Notes under the pieces: model-generated
Databases searched by the model: none
What the model was told of the DNA's origin: nothing
Seen by the model: the letters and a program-made list of their open reading frames with translations, nothing else
In this document: positions 22,301 through 37,300 of the stretch, in pieces
Layout: each line of letters begins with the position of its first letter
How positions within the stretch are numbered: the stretch's first letter is position 1
Translations under genes and position numbers: made by a program
DNA from: Amphiscolops sp. MND2022
Taxonomy: Eukaryota
NCBI GenBank assembly: GCA_964187785.1
Contig: OZ076409.1
Location: forward strand, 36,954,001-37,018,000
Length of the DNA: 64,000 nt
Reading direction: 5' to 3'

Positions 22301-25300
22301 TTAAGATGTATATCAAATGGGATACGCCGGATTTGAAGAACATTCAATCAAATCAAGTCTACTCTAGCTTCTTGGCCAGGAAACCAATTCTTCGTATAGA
22401 CATTTCAGATAATTGTACAGTGGATTCCGCCTAATTCGTACCGCTACGGACCGAATAAAATACTACGAATAATGCGAAATTAACCGTATTTTATGAAATT
22501 GGTCGCCGCGAAACGGGGGCCTCAGATGCATACGATTTAAACGAAGATCCGAATTATCCGGATACGAATTAATCGGAGTTGACTGTATATGAATGTATAA
22601 CAATGTATAATTTCACAAGTATAACAATGAATTTTAGAGCGAAAAAAAAAATTCTCTAAATTTCGTATCATTCTATCTCGAAATGCCATAAGCAGTGATT
22701 CGCGAGTGGCTTTTTTAAAAAAAGAGAGTTTTAGAAATACGAGATTTTTTCAAAATAATTAAATTTCGAATGGTGGCTGGGCAGTCGGAAAATAAACGTT
22801 CACTGTCATTTTCCCGACAAATATTTTAAAAAAGTTGGATTGCCCACAATTCAATACCACTAATGCCCTTATTGCAGTAGCGAAGCCAAGCAAAATGCAT
22901 GTCACTTTTTGTTCAGCGTTTTGACGAAGTCCAACCAGTAGGGGCACAAAGCGAAGGAAGAACAAGTCATGCAGCTAATTTTTTTTCTAGAAATGTTTTT
23001 GAATAATTTTAGATGGAGTTGGTTTGACTGGTGCACCCAGGGATGTGAAATATTGTCTTTAGGTATTTTTAAATATATTTATTTTTATTGGCTAACAATT
23101 AAAAATTAAATATATTAAAAACATTGTCCAATTTTAGGTGAGGAAAAAATATTAATCGGACAAAGAGTTCGTTTGTTTGTACACTTCTTGGACTGTTTTG
23201 TAACCATCGATGACTTTATCAAACTTCCTGAATTGATTTTTTACATGACTGGTAACTATAGATTGTAAGTTTAACTTCCTTATAGGTTTAAAAGTGAAAA
23301 AATGGACGTTTTTCGTACATTCCAGAGAGTTTCTTGCAGAAGTTGTTTTATATTTCAGACATTGTCTTGCAAGATTCGTCCAAGAAGCTTGCAAGAAATG
23401 TCTTGACCTCTAAAAATCTTACAAGAAACGTCTCAATCTGCAAGAAATGTCTGATCTGCGAGAATTTGACAGGTTTGTCTGAAATTTAAGATACTTTCAA
23501 GTTTTTTGCAGATAGATTCTGATATATACTTCTGCAAGATTCTTGCAAGGAATGTATTGGAGTTTGACTCCAGCCGAAAAATGAATTGAGTTTCGTGCAT
23601 TTCGCTCATACGATCATAAGATTATGTTGACGAGAGAATGTCAAACTCGAGACATGTTGATTAACTAGCTGCCTGATAGACAGTCCCTTGTTTCTGTTCG
23701 ATCTAGTTTGATACCATATGTTCATATATGCATTGATACACACTGAAGCTTATTTAACATTAACGTTAGCATTGTTTGAATTCAACTTCTTAGTAACCCT
23801 CTCTGTTAACCTACTTTATGGCGCAGTCAGCAGCTTAAAGAACTATCAATAATGAACACCGACACAAACATGTCCGAACAACCCGGACAAACAACGACGA
23901 TGATGGAGAGAAACAAATACAGAATTCCAATTTTGTCAGGTAGAAACACAGACCTGACAAAAATCAATCCCAGAATGTGATGGGAGCAAATATCGGAAAC
24001 TTTTGACCTCACATATCATAAAAACCTGAAGACCTAATGGACCAGGGTACCGAAACCATGATGTCCATACAGCTTACCATATCAAGGGCGATGTCATTTG
24101 GGCATTGGGCCCCAAAGCAAAACATGAGATAATGAGGGGTCAAGTGGGCAGAGAGCTGAAAGATGTCAATCTTCCAGAACTACTGAAACTGTTCAAAAAA
24201 ACCTTTATACCCGCCCGAAATGAATTCCACAGCAGAGTGGTAAATTGCAACATGAATCAAAAATGAAGAAACGAAACGTCAGAGAAGAACAACTTCCAGG
24301 AGATAATGTCACCAGAAAAACGAAAAGTCGAGCAATTGAATATCACCCATGACATGAAATATACTGAGCCTTGGTTTGTGCGGATAATGACCGAATGACC
24401 GAAATGCGTTATTTAGAGCCTCAATGAAGTGCCATCAAATTTCAAAACTTTCGGCGTAACATGAAACTTGAAGGGTAACACTTTAGAGAACGACCAAAAT
24501 GAAAGGTGATTTGTCGTCAAGAGCGAAGTACGTCTTCAGAACTGAGACATTGTTATTCGCCAAATAATCATTCAAAAAAGTTTTCAATTTTTCAGTACAC
24601 GAAATTATGGGTTACAAGACATTTCGAAAAGTTTTTCTCTTGAATAAATTCTTTACCGCATTTACATTTTCATGAATTTGATAAATCCTTGTTTTGAGAA
24701 AAATAGTGTACGCAAATTTCTTTCATTTTAACGTTTAACAATAATTTTGTAAGTGCAAAGTGATTTATTTATTGGGTGGCTATGTTAAATATTGGGCGAT
24801 TTTCATTGGCTAAAATTGAAACCAGAGCCTTCCTAAAATCGCCGCGCGAATTCACGTTCGAATGATGAAATCAGCGTTTACAAGTGTCGGTTGATTCTTT
24901 ACTGTTTTACGCCAGTGGTCCAGTTTTATTCTGCAAGGTGTTCAATAAGGCAATCAAAATGGTGGATCAAAAATATCTGCGTCGATTGATAAATCATATG
25001 TGGAAATCAGGTATGACTGTTTCACTTTGCCAAAACAGTTTGTCTCGGAGTCAATTTTTACAACAAGGATCCAAAAACTCGTGCAATCGACACACTATGA
25101 ACGCTTAACTGATTTTCGTTCCAATTTTTGTTTTCAAACAAATTTCATTAGTTTTCTCTGATGCTTATTGAATTTCAAGCATCATCCCTTCAAATTATAC
25201 ATGTACAGAATGCTGCCTAGACTCAGCTGCCTGAAGCGCACTTATATATAGGAAATAATTGCAATTACTTCCAGAACTTGCAATCAATTAACTGTAATTG

Positions 25301-28300
25301 CAAATTCTGCGCAATCAATAAATTGGACCCAATTAATTGCAATGCAATGTTTTCCTCCTCCTGCCTTGCTCAATATGAGAAAAATAATTACACAGACTCT
25401 GCAACTGAATATCCAAAGTTCTTTATGTAAAAATAATCATTTACAAACTTGTCTCATTAGTTTGTCCGTTGACAAAAAAACGGCTATCCAGATTTTGTGC
25501 CTTTCCAGAAACATGGTCGTCTACATGAGTGTTTCCCTTATAAGTGCCAAAACTTTTTGTCATACCATATGTGTCAAAAATATTGTAATACTCACAATGT
25601 GATTTGTTGGCGCTTTCCAAAACTACAGTTTGTGGTCATTACCTTTTCAATTCTTTGCTCAAGCTATTGCTAAGCTCTTTTTGAAAAATTCTTTTACAAA
25701 TTTTGACGTAACCTAAAGAATCGGGGAGTTCTGCGACCTCCAGATATCTCATTCCAGGAATCTAACCCGTCTCTGCCTATCATACAATGGTGCTAGATGT
25801 CATGGGCAGTTTGTATTCGCTTTCCATGCGCATGAGGTGAGAGCAGACGTAGCAGACAGAAAAGCATTAGAAAAGAAACTCTACTTCCAAAATGGACCCA
25901 CAATAGCGGCTGCCATACACACCTTTGACGCAGTGTAATTTGTGGCATTTATTAACGAGGGGCTACTTCATGCATTGAATTCTTCCTTCTGAAATGAGTT
26001 CGATTGCCTAACTACTATTTTTCCGTACATGGAGCCCTAGCATTTGAGCTGAGTGGCTAGCATTGCTGTGCTTTTTTATTTTCCGCCCACATATAATGGG
26101 GGAGGAAAATCATAAACTGTGTTGCGTTTTTTCCAAATTCTGCCAAATCTCCACGATCTCCATCCACTTCACGTAGTTACTTGAGTATTTTAGTTACTAA
26201 CTATATTACTAGTAATTATAATTGTCAAGTAACTAAAATAGCTATAACTCAGTTGGAGTCATAACTATGGCTCAGATGGTAAAAGCGCAGAAGGCGGAAA
26301 TGACCCCGGGGCTTAGCGGGCGTCTTGTTATTAATTATCTCGTGTAGTTGTTGATTAAGCTCATTCAAAGTTAAGATAACCTTTATATTGCATTACATTG
26401 CAAGCCTGCAATAAACAATTTATTGCCTTTTTTTCAATTGCAAGACAATATTTTCCATCCCTGGTTCTGACCTAAATTTAGCGGCAGCGCCACGAAAACA
26501 AAATTAACGACCGCTTAACTAAGCCTCGGATTTTAAAATTTGAACCAGAAGGCAAGTCAAGCCAAGATTCGTTAAACTCTGAAAACAAATGCAAATTCGA
26601 AAGAGCACATGAAAGGACAGCACAAGATGGATCATGAAGCCAGAACTGAATAAGAAAGAGAAGCAGTCGAGGATAGATAGAAGGGAGTCAAAGAACCACG
26701 ACTCAGCCAGCCAATAAATGCAAAGAAAAAGTCACGAATTTCATTATTGTAGACGTAATTAATAGAAAAAAGAAGTCGGCCGTAGACAATTACAGCAAAA
26801 TGAACGTTGCAGAAGCTTCCTCAACGTCATTGGTATCAATAATCTCCTCGTTATCGCACCGTGATCAACTGAATGGTAAAAATCGTGAAAGCAAAAACGA
26901 AGCATCGAAATCATTTGCAAATTGAATATCACAGGTTTATTCGCGTTGCAATGGATGAACGGACTGGAAGAAAACATAAGTCATTGCTTGGATGTACAGT
27001 AGTGGTTCTAGAAGAAGCAACATAGCATGCGGAAAGAAAGCAAATAAACAAATATCATTGGCTAATCAAGGTCTCACGCGCTCATTTCATTGATCGAGAG
27101 CGATTTCCGAAACATCATTTTTTTTTAGTTTTTTGAATTTTTGACCCACTTACAATTTTTTGGTTTAAATATAATTTTGACAAAAAAGTTCTCCCAAACA
27201 TTTCGAATCTGACAAAAAATTCATTATTTAAAATTATAAAATCGTTCAAAATTAACACTTTAGTTTTTATCAGAGACATCAGAAAGTAGTTTTGAGTCCT
27301 CAAAACTTTCTGAGTAGAATCAATTTTGAATTTCCTTGTTAACTGGGGTCGTTTTCTTTCGATAATCTCACATTATGTGGGTCCTTGAAGATGAGACCTT
27401 GAAAATGAGATATGTGGGTATTTCTGGGAGTTTCAGTTTTTCTCGGGAATGAAACTTTTTTTCTTCTGCATTCAGGACGATCCATTTCACAGACTTTCTG
27501 GCTGTTTTCCTCAAACAAACAAAACACTACTTGTCAAAACTCTCAATACTTTGTTATTCTTCCTAAAAGTTATTCATAATTTTTGAACACTTCCAAAACT
27601 AGTTTCAACATCAAACCTCTAACAGTTTTGAAATTAAATGAAATGAAATGAAAGATATGAATTTCCTCGAAGAAAAAACTAAGCTAGTTTTCCTAAACTC
27701 ATTTGAGCTAAGTGCTAACTGATCATGTCAGTAAGCAAAAATTTCGACCGTTACTTTAATGATTTGATCTAATTGCTCACTGATCATGCCAGTAGGCAAA
27801 ATTTTTAAATTGAAAGTTTATGATTTGAATTCTTGTGATTGAATTCAATACTAATCATCATTGAATCAATACTGATGTTTTCCGACAATAACTTAAACAT
27901 CAAGTGAAATTTGTCCATTGCAATCTTCACAACAAAGTTTATAAAACCATCTTTAATATAGGTAAACCAATGACTCACAAAACGCCTAAAATAGTCAAGT
28001 TCATTACTGTGGTGCACTATTTGACAAATTTACACCTCGTAATTAGTAAGACGGCGTAATTCAGTCAAAATGCGTAGTGGAAAATCGCGTAATTTAGTCA
28101 AAGTGCGTTGTGCTGCATCAGTGCGTAATTCAGTCAGTTAGTGTAAATTTATGGACCGGAAAATAGTGTAAACCAGTCAATTAGTGAATTTTGGTCATTC
28201 AGTGTAACTAATTATCACTTGGTGTAATAGGAGAAAAGTGTAAAACTGTATTTATAATAATAACTCACTGTGACTGGTTACTAAGGGTAGTCGCAAGATC

Positions 28301-31300
28301 TGGGAACTTGCTTGTGGGGATATGTATCGTAATGTTGAACAGTTCTTTGCAATGAAGTTGCTCAAAAATTTTTCAAAAAAGTCCATAAAAACGTAAAAAT
28401 TTAAAAATTCGCATTTTTTGGGTCATTCTGAGGAAAGTTTTATCCACGAAAAGTGCAAAGTTGAAAAGCAAACTGCGGACCTAGTTAAACAATCTGGTGC
28501 TTTTCCAAGCTTTTACCTCGCCAAAATTTTCTAATCTCAAATAAAATATCTTTCAAAATGTCAGAAATTAGGAAATTTTTGACATTTTCGACTTTTTGTC
28601 GCCAATTTCGAATCTAACCGAAGTCTGCAAACTTGTCCTAAAAGACAATTGGGTTTTGAGTTCAGTCGGTGGAGAACGTTTTCCAACATTCTGACTCCAA
28701 ATCAATTCAGAAAGTACACAGAGGTTGCATAAAAATGTGAATACGATCGATAATTTAGGATTGATTTGGAGTCATTCTGAAGTGTTTTTGAAGCAAAACT
28801 GCACTGCTGTCGTGAAAAAGTATGCTGCCTTTCTTGCTCTTTCACTTTTGAACGCTTTGGAACTTCTAGCTCATAAAATCTTTCGTGAATTTTACTGACA
28901 TTGCTTCAAAAACGACAAAAATTTGAAAGTTTTGGATTTTTGGAAACTTTCAGGGTCGTTTTGATGCTTTTTGTTTTATTTCCATTTGTTTTTATCGTCT
29001 GACAAAAGCCTTGTGAAACAACATGTTCTTCCATTGGTAAGTATTTCTCACATTTTAATCCACGAAGTCTAGAGAAAATTGGACAAAAATTGAATAAAAA
29101 TGTTGAAAATCGGAAAGTTTTGGTAAAATTGACTTTTTCTGCATCAGACCGAGACCATATTCATCTGAATAACAAAGCATTTATACCATCACTAAACCTA
29201 CTGGACAACAATATCTTTCCTTCTTGATCTGGTTTCAACATTCCAGTCCACAAATTCGTTCAAAAGTTTGAAAGTAAAAAAACTTTGGATTTTTGGTCAT
29301 TTTCGGTTTAACTTTGAAACGTTTTCCGTTTTTCATCGGCAAATCCCACTGGACAACGATTGATTGACTTCTTGAACAACTTCTTTGCGTTTTCAACATT
29401 CTAATCCGCGACCTTTATCAAAAATTCGACAAAAATTGCATAAAAACGTTAAAAATCGGAAATTTCGAATTTTTGTTATCTTCGGGGTCATTTCGGATCT
29501 TTATGGGATCATTTTCGTAATTCCCAAAAAGGGCCAAAAATCTCTACAAATACATATCACACGAAGCTAAATTTATATTAGTTGAATTCTGTGGGTGACA
29601 CCCTTCAATTTGAATATAAATTTGGTGCTTGGCAAATTTTATAAAAAAAAACAATTGATTTAAATGTTTTACTTTACCATATGGAATATGGGCGGAAAAT
29701 AAAAAAAAAGAAAAGACTGTGAAAGAGACATCAAAAGACAGCAAAAAAATACACTGAATTGCCACGCAAATGTATTTTGATTTGCTGCTTGAATTCCGGT
29801 CGAAATGAAGAATTTTTTAGATCTTAAAAGTTGAAGGTTTTAATCAATACTACCAGGCTCCTGGGGGAGTGTTGAGAATTGGAAGCGGCGGTGGGTTCGA
29901 ATCCCGCTTGGTGACAAAATATGTTCTGTTTGCATTTTGAGCTTTACTGAGAACAAAGCTGAAAGAACGCTCGAAAAAAAACAATTTTTTAACGTTTTTG
30001 CCAAATTATATCAAGTGTTGCCTACAAAAAGGTGCGAATTCGAGCCTAATCAAAGTGAAATTTTTGTATGTTTTCAAATTGAACTATTTTGGTACCATTA
30101 ATTCGTATACCGTTTTTAACAATGCCATACTTCCCGAATATTGTATTTTTTTTTTCGAATTGAAATAGTGTTCAAAGCATTTCAAGTATAGCTTGGACAA
30201 CATGAAAGTTCAAAACCCCCGAGCAATTGACGATATTACAGAACGAATTTATGTTTGGTTCCATATATTTTCACCCGGTCCTTAAAAAGATTTTCTCCAG
30301 TCCGGTTCTTCACTTTAAGCCCTTTAAAGCTTACCCAAACATTTCAAAGTGTCTTGCCTTCGAGACTTTCACATTTTCACTGTCTCATCTTCGCGTTTTT
30401 TTTTCTTTTTGCATTTTTCAGAACACTTTTATTTCATGGTTTTATGGACATTAAAGAAAGTTTATTTCCCCGATTCCGAACGAGCAGTTCTGCTTTTCTA
30501 GGTAGGCGCTCTTTTTTGTTACTATCTCGCCACAGCAAGCTATGGTACCATATTTGCAGCCAAATGGTCGAGCAATGGTCGGTTTGCTGAAAGTCACAAA
30601 GACTTGACTGCTAACTGTTTTCAATAGTCAGTTATGAATTGTAAATTTTCCATCGTCAATTATGAAACAGGTTTTCGTGTCCAAAATCCCAAGAGCAATT
30701 TAAATATATTTGGCACTATGAGATTGTTGAAAATACAGTAATAACACAATTCAAATTCACTAAATGTTTTACATGTATAAATCTAAGGCCTCGTTAAGGC
30801 TGAGTAGTAAAAGGACAAGAGTTTTAAGACGATTTTCGTTACTTTTCGAAACTACATTATACTGCCTTAATTTTATTTCTTTATCAAATGTATCCAATTT
30901 TTCCTAAAGGTATCTTGCAACAGAATACGAACAAATCCGCAGTACCACTGCACTTCTTGAATTGCAATGATAATCAGTGGTAAATTAGGCGGTAGTAAGT
31001 AGACTTTTTCTAACCAGATGGTAATCATGTTTCCCAAGTTGAGGTCAATGTCGTTCAGTTGAGCAATGAAGATGGCGGTGAGCGACTCGTACAGAGCAGT
31101 TCCGTCCATGTTCACAGTGGCCCCGATCGGGATCACGAAACGAGTCACTCTGGCATCCAGTTTATTCTTCTCCTCCAGACAGAAGAAAGTCAACGGCAGA
31201 GTTGCAGTGCTGAGAAACAAATGGAACATCTCAACATAAATTAATCACAAATTGAATCTTCGAGAGTTTTGTGGTTTAAGAATAAAAATAATTGTGAAGG

Positions 31301-34300
31301 AAAAGTCCAATTAAAAACTTAGTATTGTTATCATTCAATCGTAATTTGCATTAATTTCTTTCATTTTCATATTAGCTGTGAAGAAAAACTCAATCAAAAG
31401 AACTCATATAAACTCACATAAAAAGTCAAAACCTATAACCCTAGCCCGTACCCGTACTGAGGTCCCATGCGATCCCATGCATGGTCCATGATAATCCCAT
31501 GCAATGGTCCATGCATGGACCATGCATGGCCATGTCACTTTTAAGCATGGAATTGCATGGACCATGCATGGCCATGCATGGTTTTGAGGGGAAAAGCAAT
31601 CGCAAAAACGCCCGAAAACGACTTCTAGAAAGGCAATGAAACACCTGGCTTAATTAAAAACTTATCTATGGCCTTTTCTGAGATGAAAAAAAATTCAGCA
31701 AAAATATTCAATTCAAAAACAATGTTAGAAATGTGCCTTCAGAGATTGGGTAAAAAGCATATTGGGGGAAAGCGACAGGACCTAAAATTAGGAACTTGAC
31801 GAAACTTCTTATAAACAATCCTCATAAAATGTAGAACAATTGTGGAAAGTTTACTAGCGTGAACATTCATTATTCAAGGATCTGAAAAAAACATCTCATA
31901 AGACCCAAAAAACTGTCAAAGGGATTAATGTCGAAGGAATAACGTCTAAATTCAATGTATTAGGATTGTGAATAGGCATGACTGGCGGTAGACGTTATTC
32001 CCGTTTAGCATTTAGACGTTATTCCTTAGACGTTATTCCCGCTCGCCGATATGATGACAACCAAAAATGATAAAATTCAAAATGGCCGCGTTCATCAAAT
32101 TCGAATTTTTCAAAGTTAGAAATTTTTTTCAAATGGAAGTTTTTCTTTGACGCAACTTCAAGTTTCCAAAAAATGAATTCAAAACTTTTTTTTTCGCGAT
32201 TTGATGTTTTTCAATTTCCATGAATAGTCCCATGCATGGCCATGCATGGTCCATGCATGGCCATGCATGGGATGTGACTTTTTACATGGAATCGTGAAAA
32301 GAAGATCGTGAAAAAAAAATCGTTTTTACATACAAGAATCGTGAAAAAAAACTTGGCTGATATTTCCGAGTTCTATGATTGTGACCGCTCGAGACTTGGT
32401 ACTGAGAAAGACTAGAATGGGGCCTGAAGGTTGCAGACCGGAGTGCATGCGTGTTTACCTGGAAGCAGTACCGAATGCAGTCATCATAGCCGGGAGCATG
32501 TTTCTCACAAAACGCAGGGGGTTCTTGCGGGTGAATGCCACGTAGAGGCCAACCAGGGTCAACACAAAGTGAACACTGAGACCTGTGATCACTGTGAAGA
32601 TGAACATGCCCATCACTCGGCCCGTCTTGGCCAGGTCCTTGATAGTGAGAATATTGCTCACGATGAGGAAGAAGATACCAATTGGCGAATACCTAAAACA
32701 CCACTCATCGTTAGTACAGTATAGTTTATGTAATGACGATATAAAGTTACAACTGGAATGCAAACTAAACGAACGTCAAAAAGACGAAAAAAAGCGTTTA
32801 AGCTCGACATTCAAGTTTTCGCCTTGAGAACTTTTTCCGAGTGAAACCTATTTTGATTCATTGGATAAGGAATGAGTGACATGGAAAATCAGAAAGACTA
32901 GAAGTAAACGTTGAAGACTTCAAAATTGTTTGAGATAAAATTGTTAGCAATGTTTGCTATGACACTTTATTCTACAACAAGATACCCGCTAAGCACAGTG
33001 ATAATTTCCGCTAAAAATTTACTGCATCAGTCGGGTTCCAACCCACGACCTCGTGTCTGCCAGGCAGACGCACTACCGACTCAGTAGCTGCGCCATGGTG
33101 ACTAGAATTTACTAAATGGAGTAATAAAGTGGAGATTTGGCAGAATTTGTAAAAAAAACGCAACACAGAGTATGATTTTCCTCCCCCATTACATGTGGGC
33201 GGAAAATAATGAGAACCAAAAATCAGTTGGATGAGAAACGGCATCTTTCCTGTTTAAACCACAAAACGTAATTGTGCAAGCAGCGGAATTGTTTCAACAG
33301 AGGAACATTTTACCGAATTGTTGGTTGAATGATCTTAGTCAAAAGTTCGCGTCAAGTTTATTCAGCCAGTTATTCCATCATATTTCAAAACGTTTATAAC
33401 TCAAACTGGTACCCGTTCCAACTGGGAAAGGAACTAAACATTGACTAAACATGCATCGCGCACTCTGGATACTTACAGAACTGGCGGCGGGGATTTTGTT
33501 GGAGACAGATCCAAGTTAAAGTTTTTGGCGTAGGTCGGCATAGATTAGAGAAGAATAGGGCGAAATGAAACAAAGCGGTGGCTTTGTTTTTAGGAACATT
33601 TTATAAGAACAACGCATCGATGATGATCATTAAATCATAAAACAGAAGCTTTGCATGATTGTGTCATTGTTTTGGAGACAATTGCAATTGTCTTTCGGAG
33701 ATTATCGTAGCATCAAAACTTGCAGAGAGACAACAATACAATGAGCTCCGGGAATAAAGCAAGAACTATAATCAGCGAATACAACATATTAAGTGAAGGA
33801 TGAAAGAAACTTTTTAAATTAATTTTTAGATGTCTGTCTGGCATCCGATTTTGACAATCTATTTATCAAAATCTTCTGTGGCACAGAAAAGTCTCTATAA
33901 TCAATGAAGATTCACAGTGAGCTTGCTTTTCAGAAGTTAATTTTACAAAGGGTAACATGTTTTCATGAAATAGGATACCTTTTGATAACCCACTTCTTGA
34001 AATACTTCCCGGGTTTCCCGACCAGGCCGATCATAATCTGACCATATTATGGCACCATAGAAATCATACAAATTTCCTTACAATGATCTTGCTATGATCG
34101 GCCTGGAATCATATATGGTCCAGAGTATGATCGGCCTGGAATCATATATGGTCCAGAGTATGATCGGCCTGGAATCATATATGGTCCAGAGTATGGTCAG
34201 CCTGGAATCATATTTTTTTAATATACATTTATTTTTTTAATTTTCAAACAAAAATTTTCAAATATTGAGAACAGCCAGCTTTATAGGCTGAGGGCAATGG

Positions 34301-37300
34301 AGCCACATTCGACCTTTTGTATCTGCGAACGATACATTGCAGGTCAGAACTCCGTTAAGCTCCAAGCGGAGTTAAAGACAAACTATAGTAACTCAATTTG
34401 TTCTCAGCCACTCATTAGTTAATAACTAACTCTTTTGTTATAGCAGTACCCACTTTGCAGTATGATTTTCGATTATTTCGAGAAAAATTACTGATAATTC
34501 AGAAAAAGATACCCAAAATTGATGATTGCTACCTTGTTTTCAATTTGGTGATTGAATTAGACCTTTGGTTGAGGAATATCTTGTAATTTCATCAGTGTAC
34601 GTGTTAATTGACTACGTTATCCTAATTTTCTTTTTATGGCTCCAGGCTGACCATACTCTGGGCCATAAAGGTTTATGGTTCCAGGCTGATCATAGACTGA
34701 ACCATATATGGCCCAGAATATGGTCAGGCTGGGACCATAAACTTTGCTTTTTTATGGTTCCAGGCTGATAATAGACTGGACCATATATGTCCAGAGTATG
34801 GTGAGCCTGGAACCATAAACCATTATGGTCCAGAGTATGATCAGCCTGGAATCATACTGTGAGTATGATGGCAGAGTATGATTGACCTGTTTTTGTATGG
34901 GAGGGAAACCCGGGTTTTGAAAATGACCTATTTTTTCATTTCGCGCTTTCACTTTGACAACTTTTCTTCAAAGCCCAGAAACGTTTACACATTATAAGTG
35001 TGAACGAAATAACTGGTCAAGACGTCTCGACTTTTTCGTAAAGTTCGGATCATTCTTTGATGAACATTTGGTTACGTAATGAGGTGATGGTTGACAGTGA
35101 AAATGATAGATTTTCTGTGTCTTGTTCACAGATATTGCGATTTTGAAGAAGGAGTATTTTATGTGTTCCGTTTTGGTTCAACGAGTAGTAAATGTGGCAG
35201 GATGGAGAAATAGAACTTACCACATGAATGTGAGGACGAGTTTCATGATGATGTCATTGAGAGTGGCGATCATGTCGATCAGGGGCTGGGACACGTGCTT
35301 CATCTTGGTCATACACAGCCCAATGCAGATGCAGAATGTTATCAGCCCTGCAAAAAGAATAAAAGTGAATCAATATTCATCTAAGATTCGTTCATCGTGC
35401 AGCGATTAGGCTAGCCACAGTTTGAAGTTTGAAATCGGAAGTTTGAAATGAATCAAACAAAGGTGTCAAAAAAGGCTGCAAATTTTCATCTATAATTAGT
35501 ATTAATCGAAGTTAATTGGCAAAACGTGTGTTAACTATCTTCAAGCTTAATGACGAATGATATGATCCCTTGACTAGTTGTCCGATTCAAGCTTTCCTAA
35601 GCATACCTTTCAGCACAGTTGCATACAAAGTTGCATGCCGCCTTCGGAGCTTACGTTTGACACCAACAAAATCACAGATTCTTTGTTCTTGCTGAGCAGA
35701 AGCAATAAAAAATGCCAATAAATTTGTTGATAGGATTTGATCGAGGTATGAAGTTCACCGCTCTCTCCCCTTGTCTGGAATAGCATTGAGGCGGTAATAA
35801 AGAATTGGTTTCCAGACATATTGCAATTCTAGAAACCAAATCTTTGCCATGGCTAAGCACTTAAGCTAATTCAAGGTGACATGAGTTGTGATACACAGAT
35901 ATTCGATAAACGTTTGAAAAATGTTGTACTCGCGAAAGTCTTTTATATTGCTCTATTTTTAGCTCATGCAATTTTCAATTGAGATCTGACATCTTCAGAA
36001 TTATCTGAGGCGTTATTTGATTGAGGTTCAAAAAGTATCCGATGCGGATAACAAAGAACTCCAAATCTTCTCATATCGTATAATTCAAGCCTTTCAAAAG
36101 ATTCAAAGCTTCTAAAAACGGCATCAATCAGTTGTCAACTCCATCAATATCACATATAAATTTAGCGAGTTATTCAGAAGCAAAATGAAAGTTATTTTTG
36201 AATTCCAGAACATGTCTTGACAGCAGTTTATGTGAAATTAATCTAGTCGTTGCCCATGCCGAATTAGACAAAGACCAATCAAGCATCGAAGCATGCTAAA
36301 CCATTTTTTTAGTAATCATCAAATATCTTTTATATGGCCTTCAAAATCTTCTTTAGATGTCTTGAGCAATAAATTTGTGATTAACCAGGCCTTTTTGCAG
36401 CTGATGAAAACAATGCTTTGGATGTGACAATTTCGAGAACTTTTGAACTCGTTTATCGGCAAATGAACAGACTAAATGGAACCGGTGTGATGAAAAGGCC
36501 GACTAGTCTGGTATTAGCAACAGATAAAACTGACAAGCCCAGATCGTTAGTTGAAGAATGGTATTTAGAGCCGCTTGTCTGTAGGATATTACAAAGATAT
36601 TAGCTACTCACGGCGATATTCAATACTTTTTATTGTTTAATTTTTAAGGTTGATAATTTTTTATGCAATTGGACTGACTAGAATTTAGTGACGTCACTAG
36701 TGTGCTCAGTGCAAGGCTTCTTTGACGCTTAGGAGTTTTCTTTAGGAGGATTACGTGAAGGAGATACAGCATCATTGAGTTTTTTTCAAATTTTTTCTCG
36801 AAAAGCAACGCAGCAAAACTTTTAACGAATAGCCTTTTATGCCAAAATGATGCCTTTGGAACGACTTTACCAGAAGTGAAACCATTTTTGACGTATCTAC
36901 GCTCAGTTTTGCGATGAAAATTTCAAATTAGCAGAAAAGCTATTTTTCGCTATTTTTCCAAGTCGTTTTTGTTAAAAGAAGCATGAAGCCGAAAGGTTGC
37001 CGAAACTTTGTGTTTCTTGTTGTATATCTCAAAAGTACCCCAAAAATCTGGCGCCTCGATTATGTGTACATGGTTGCTGCATCTTTCGTCAGTTTGAAAA
37101 TATCGGGCTTACAAAATGGGAACAAGTTGACGTTAAAACTTTTCAATTTTTAAAATCGAAAAAGTAAAGGAAAAATTTTGAAAATTGAAAAAGTGTCAAA
37201 CTGAAATCTAAACTTTGGCTCCACCAGAAGTGAAACCATTTCAGATGTATCTATACTATGCTCCGTGATGATACTTCAAAATTGAAAACAAGATGTTCGC

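Noticed and set aside
33023..33092. tRNA gene (also about 15716-15795, 26265-26310 and 29850-29915)
   Set aside because: A/B-box-like motifs only; the stems do not close and the sequences sit inside dispersed repeats.
34093..34212. CRISPR-like 32-33-bp repeats (also 54760-54930)
   Set aside because: Head-to-tail minisatellites without unique spacers, inside MITEs.
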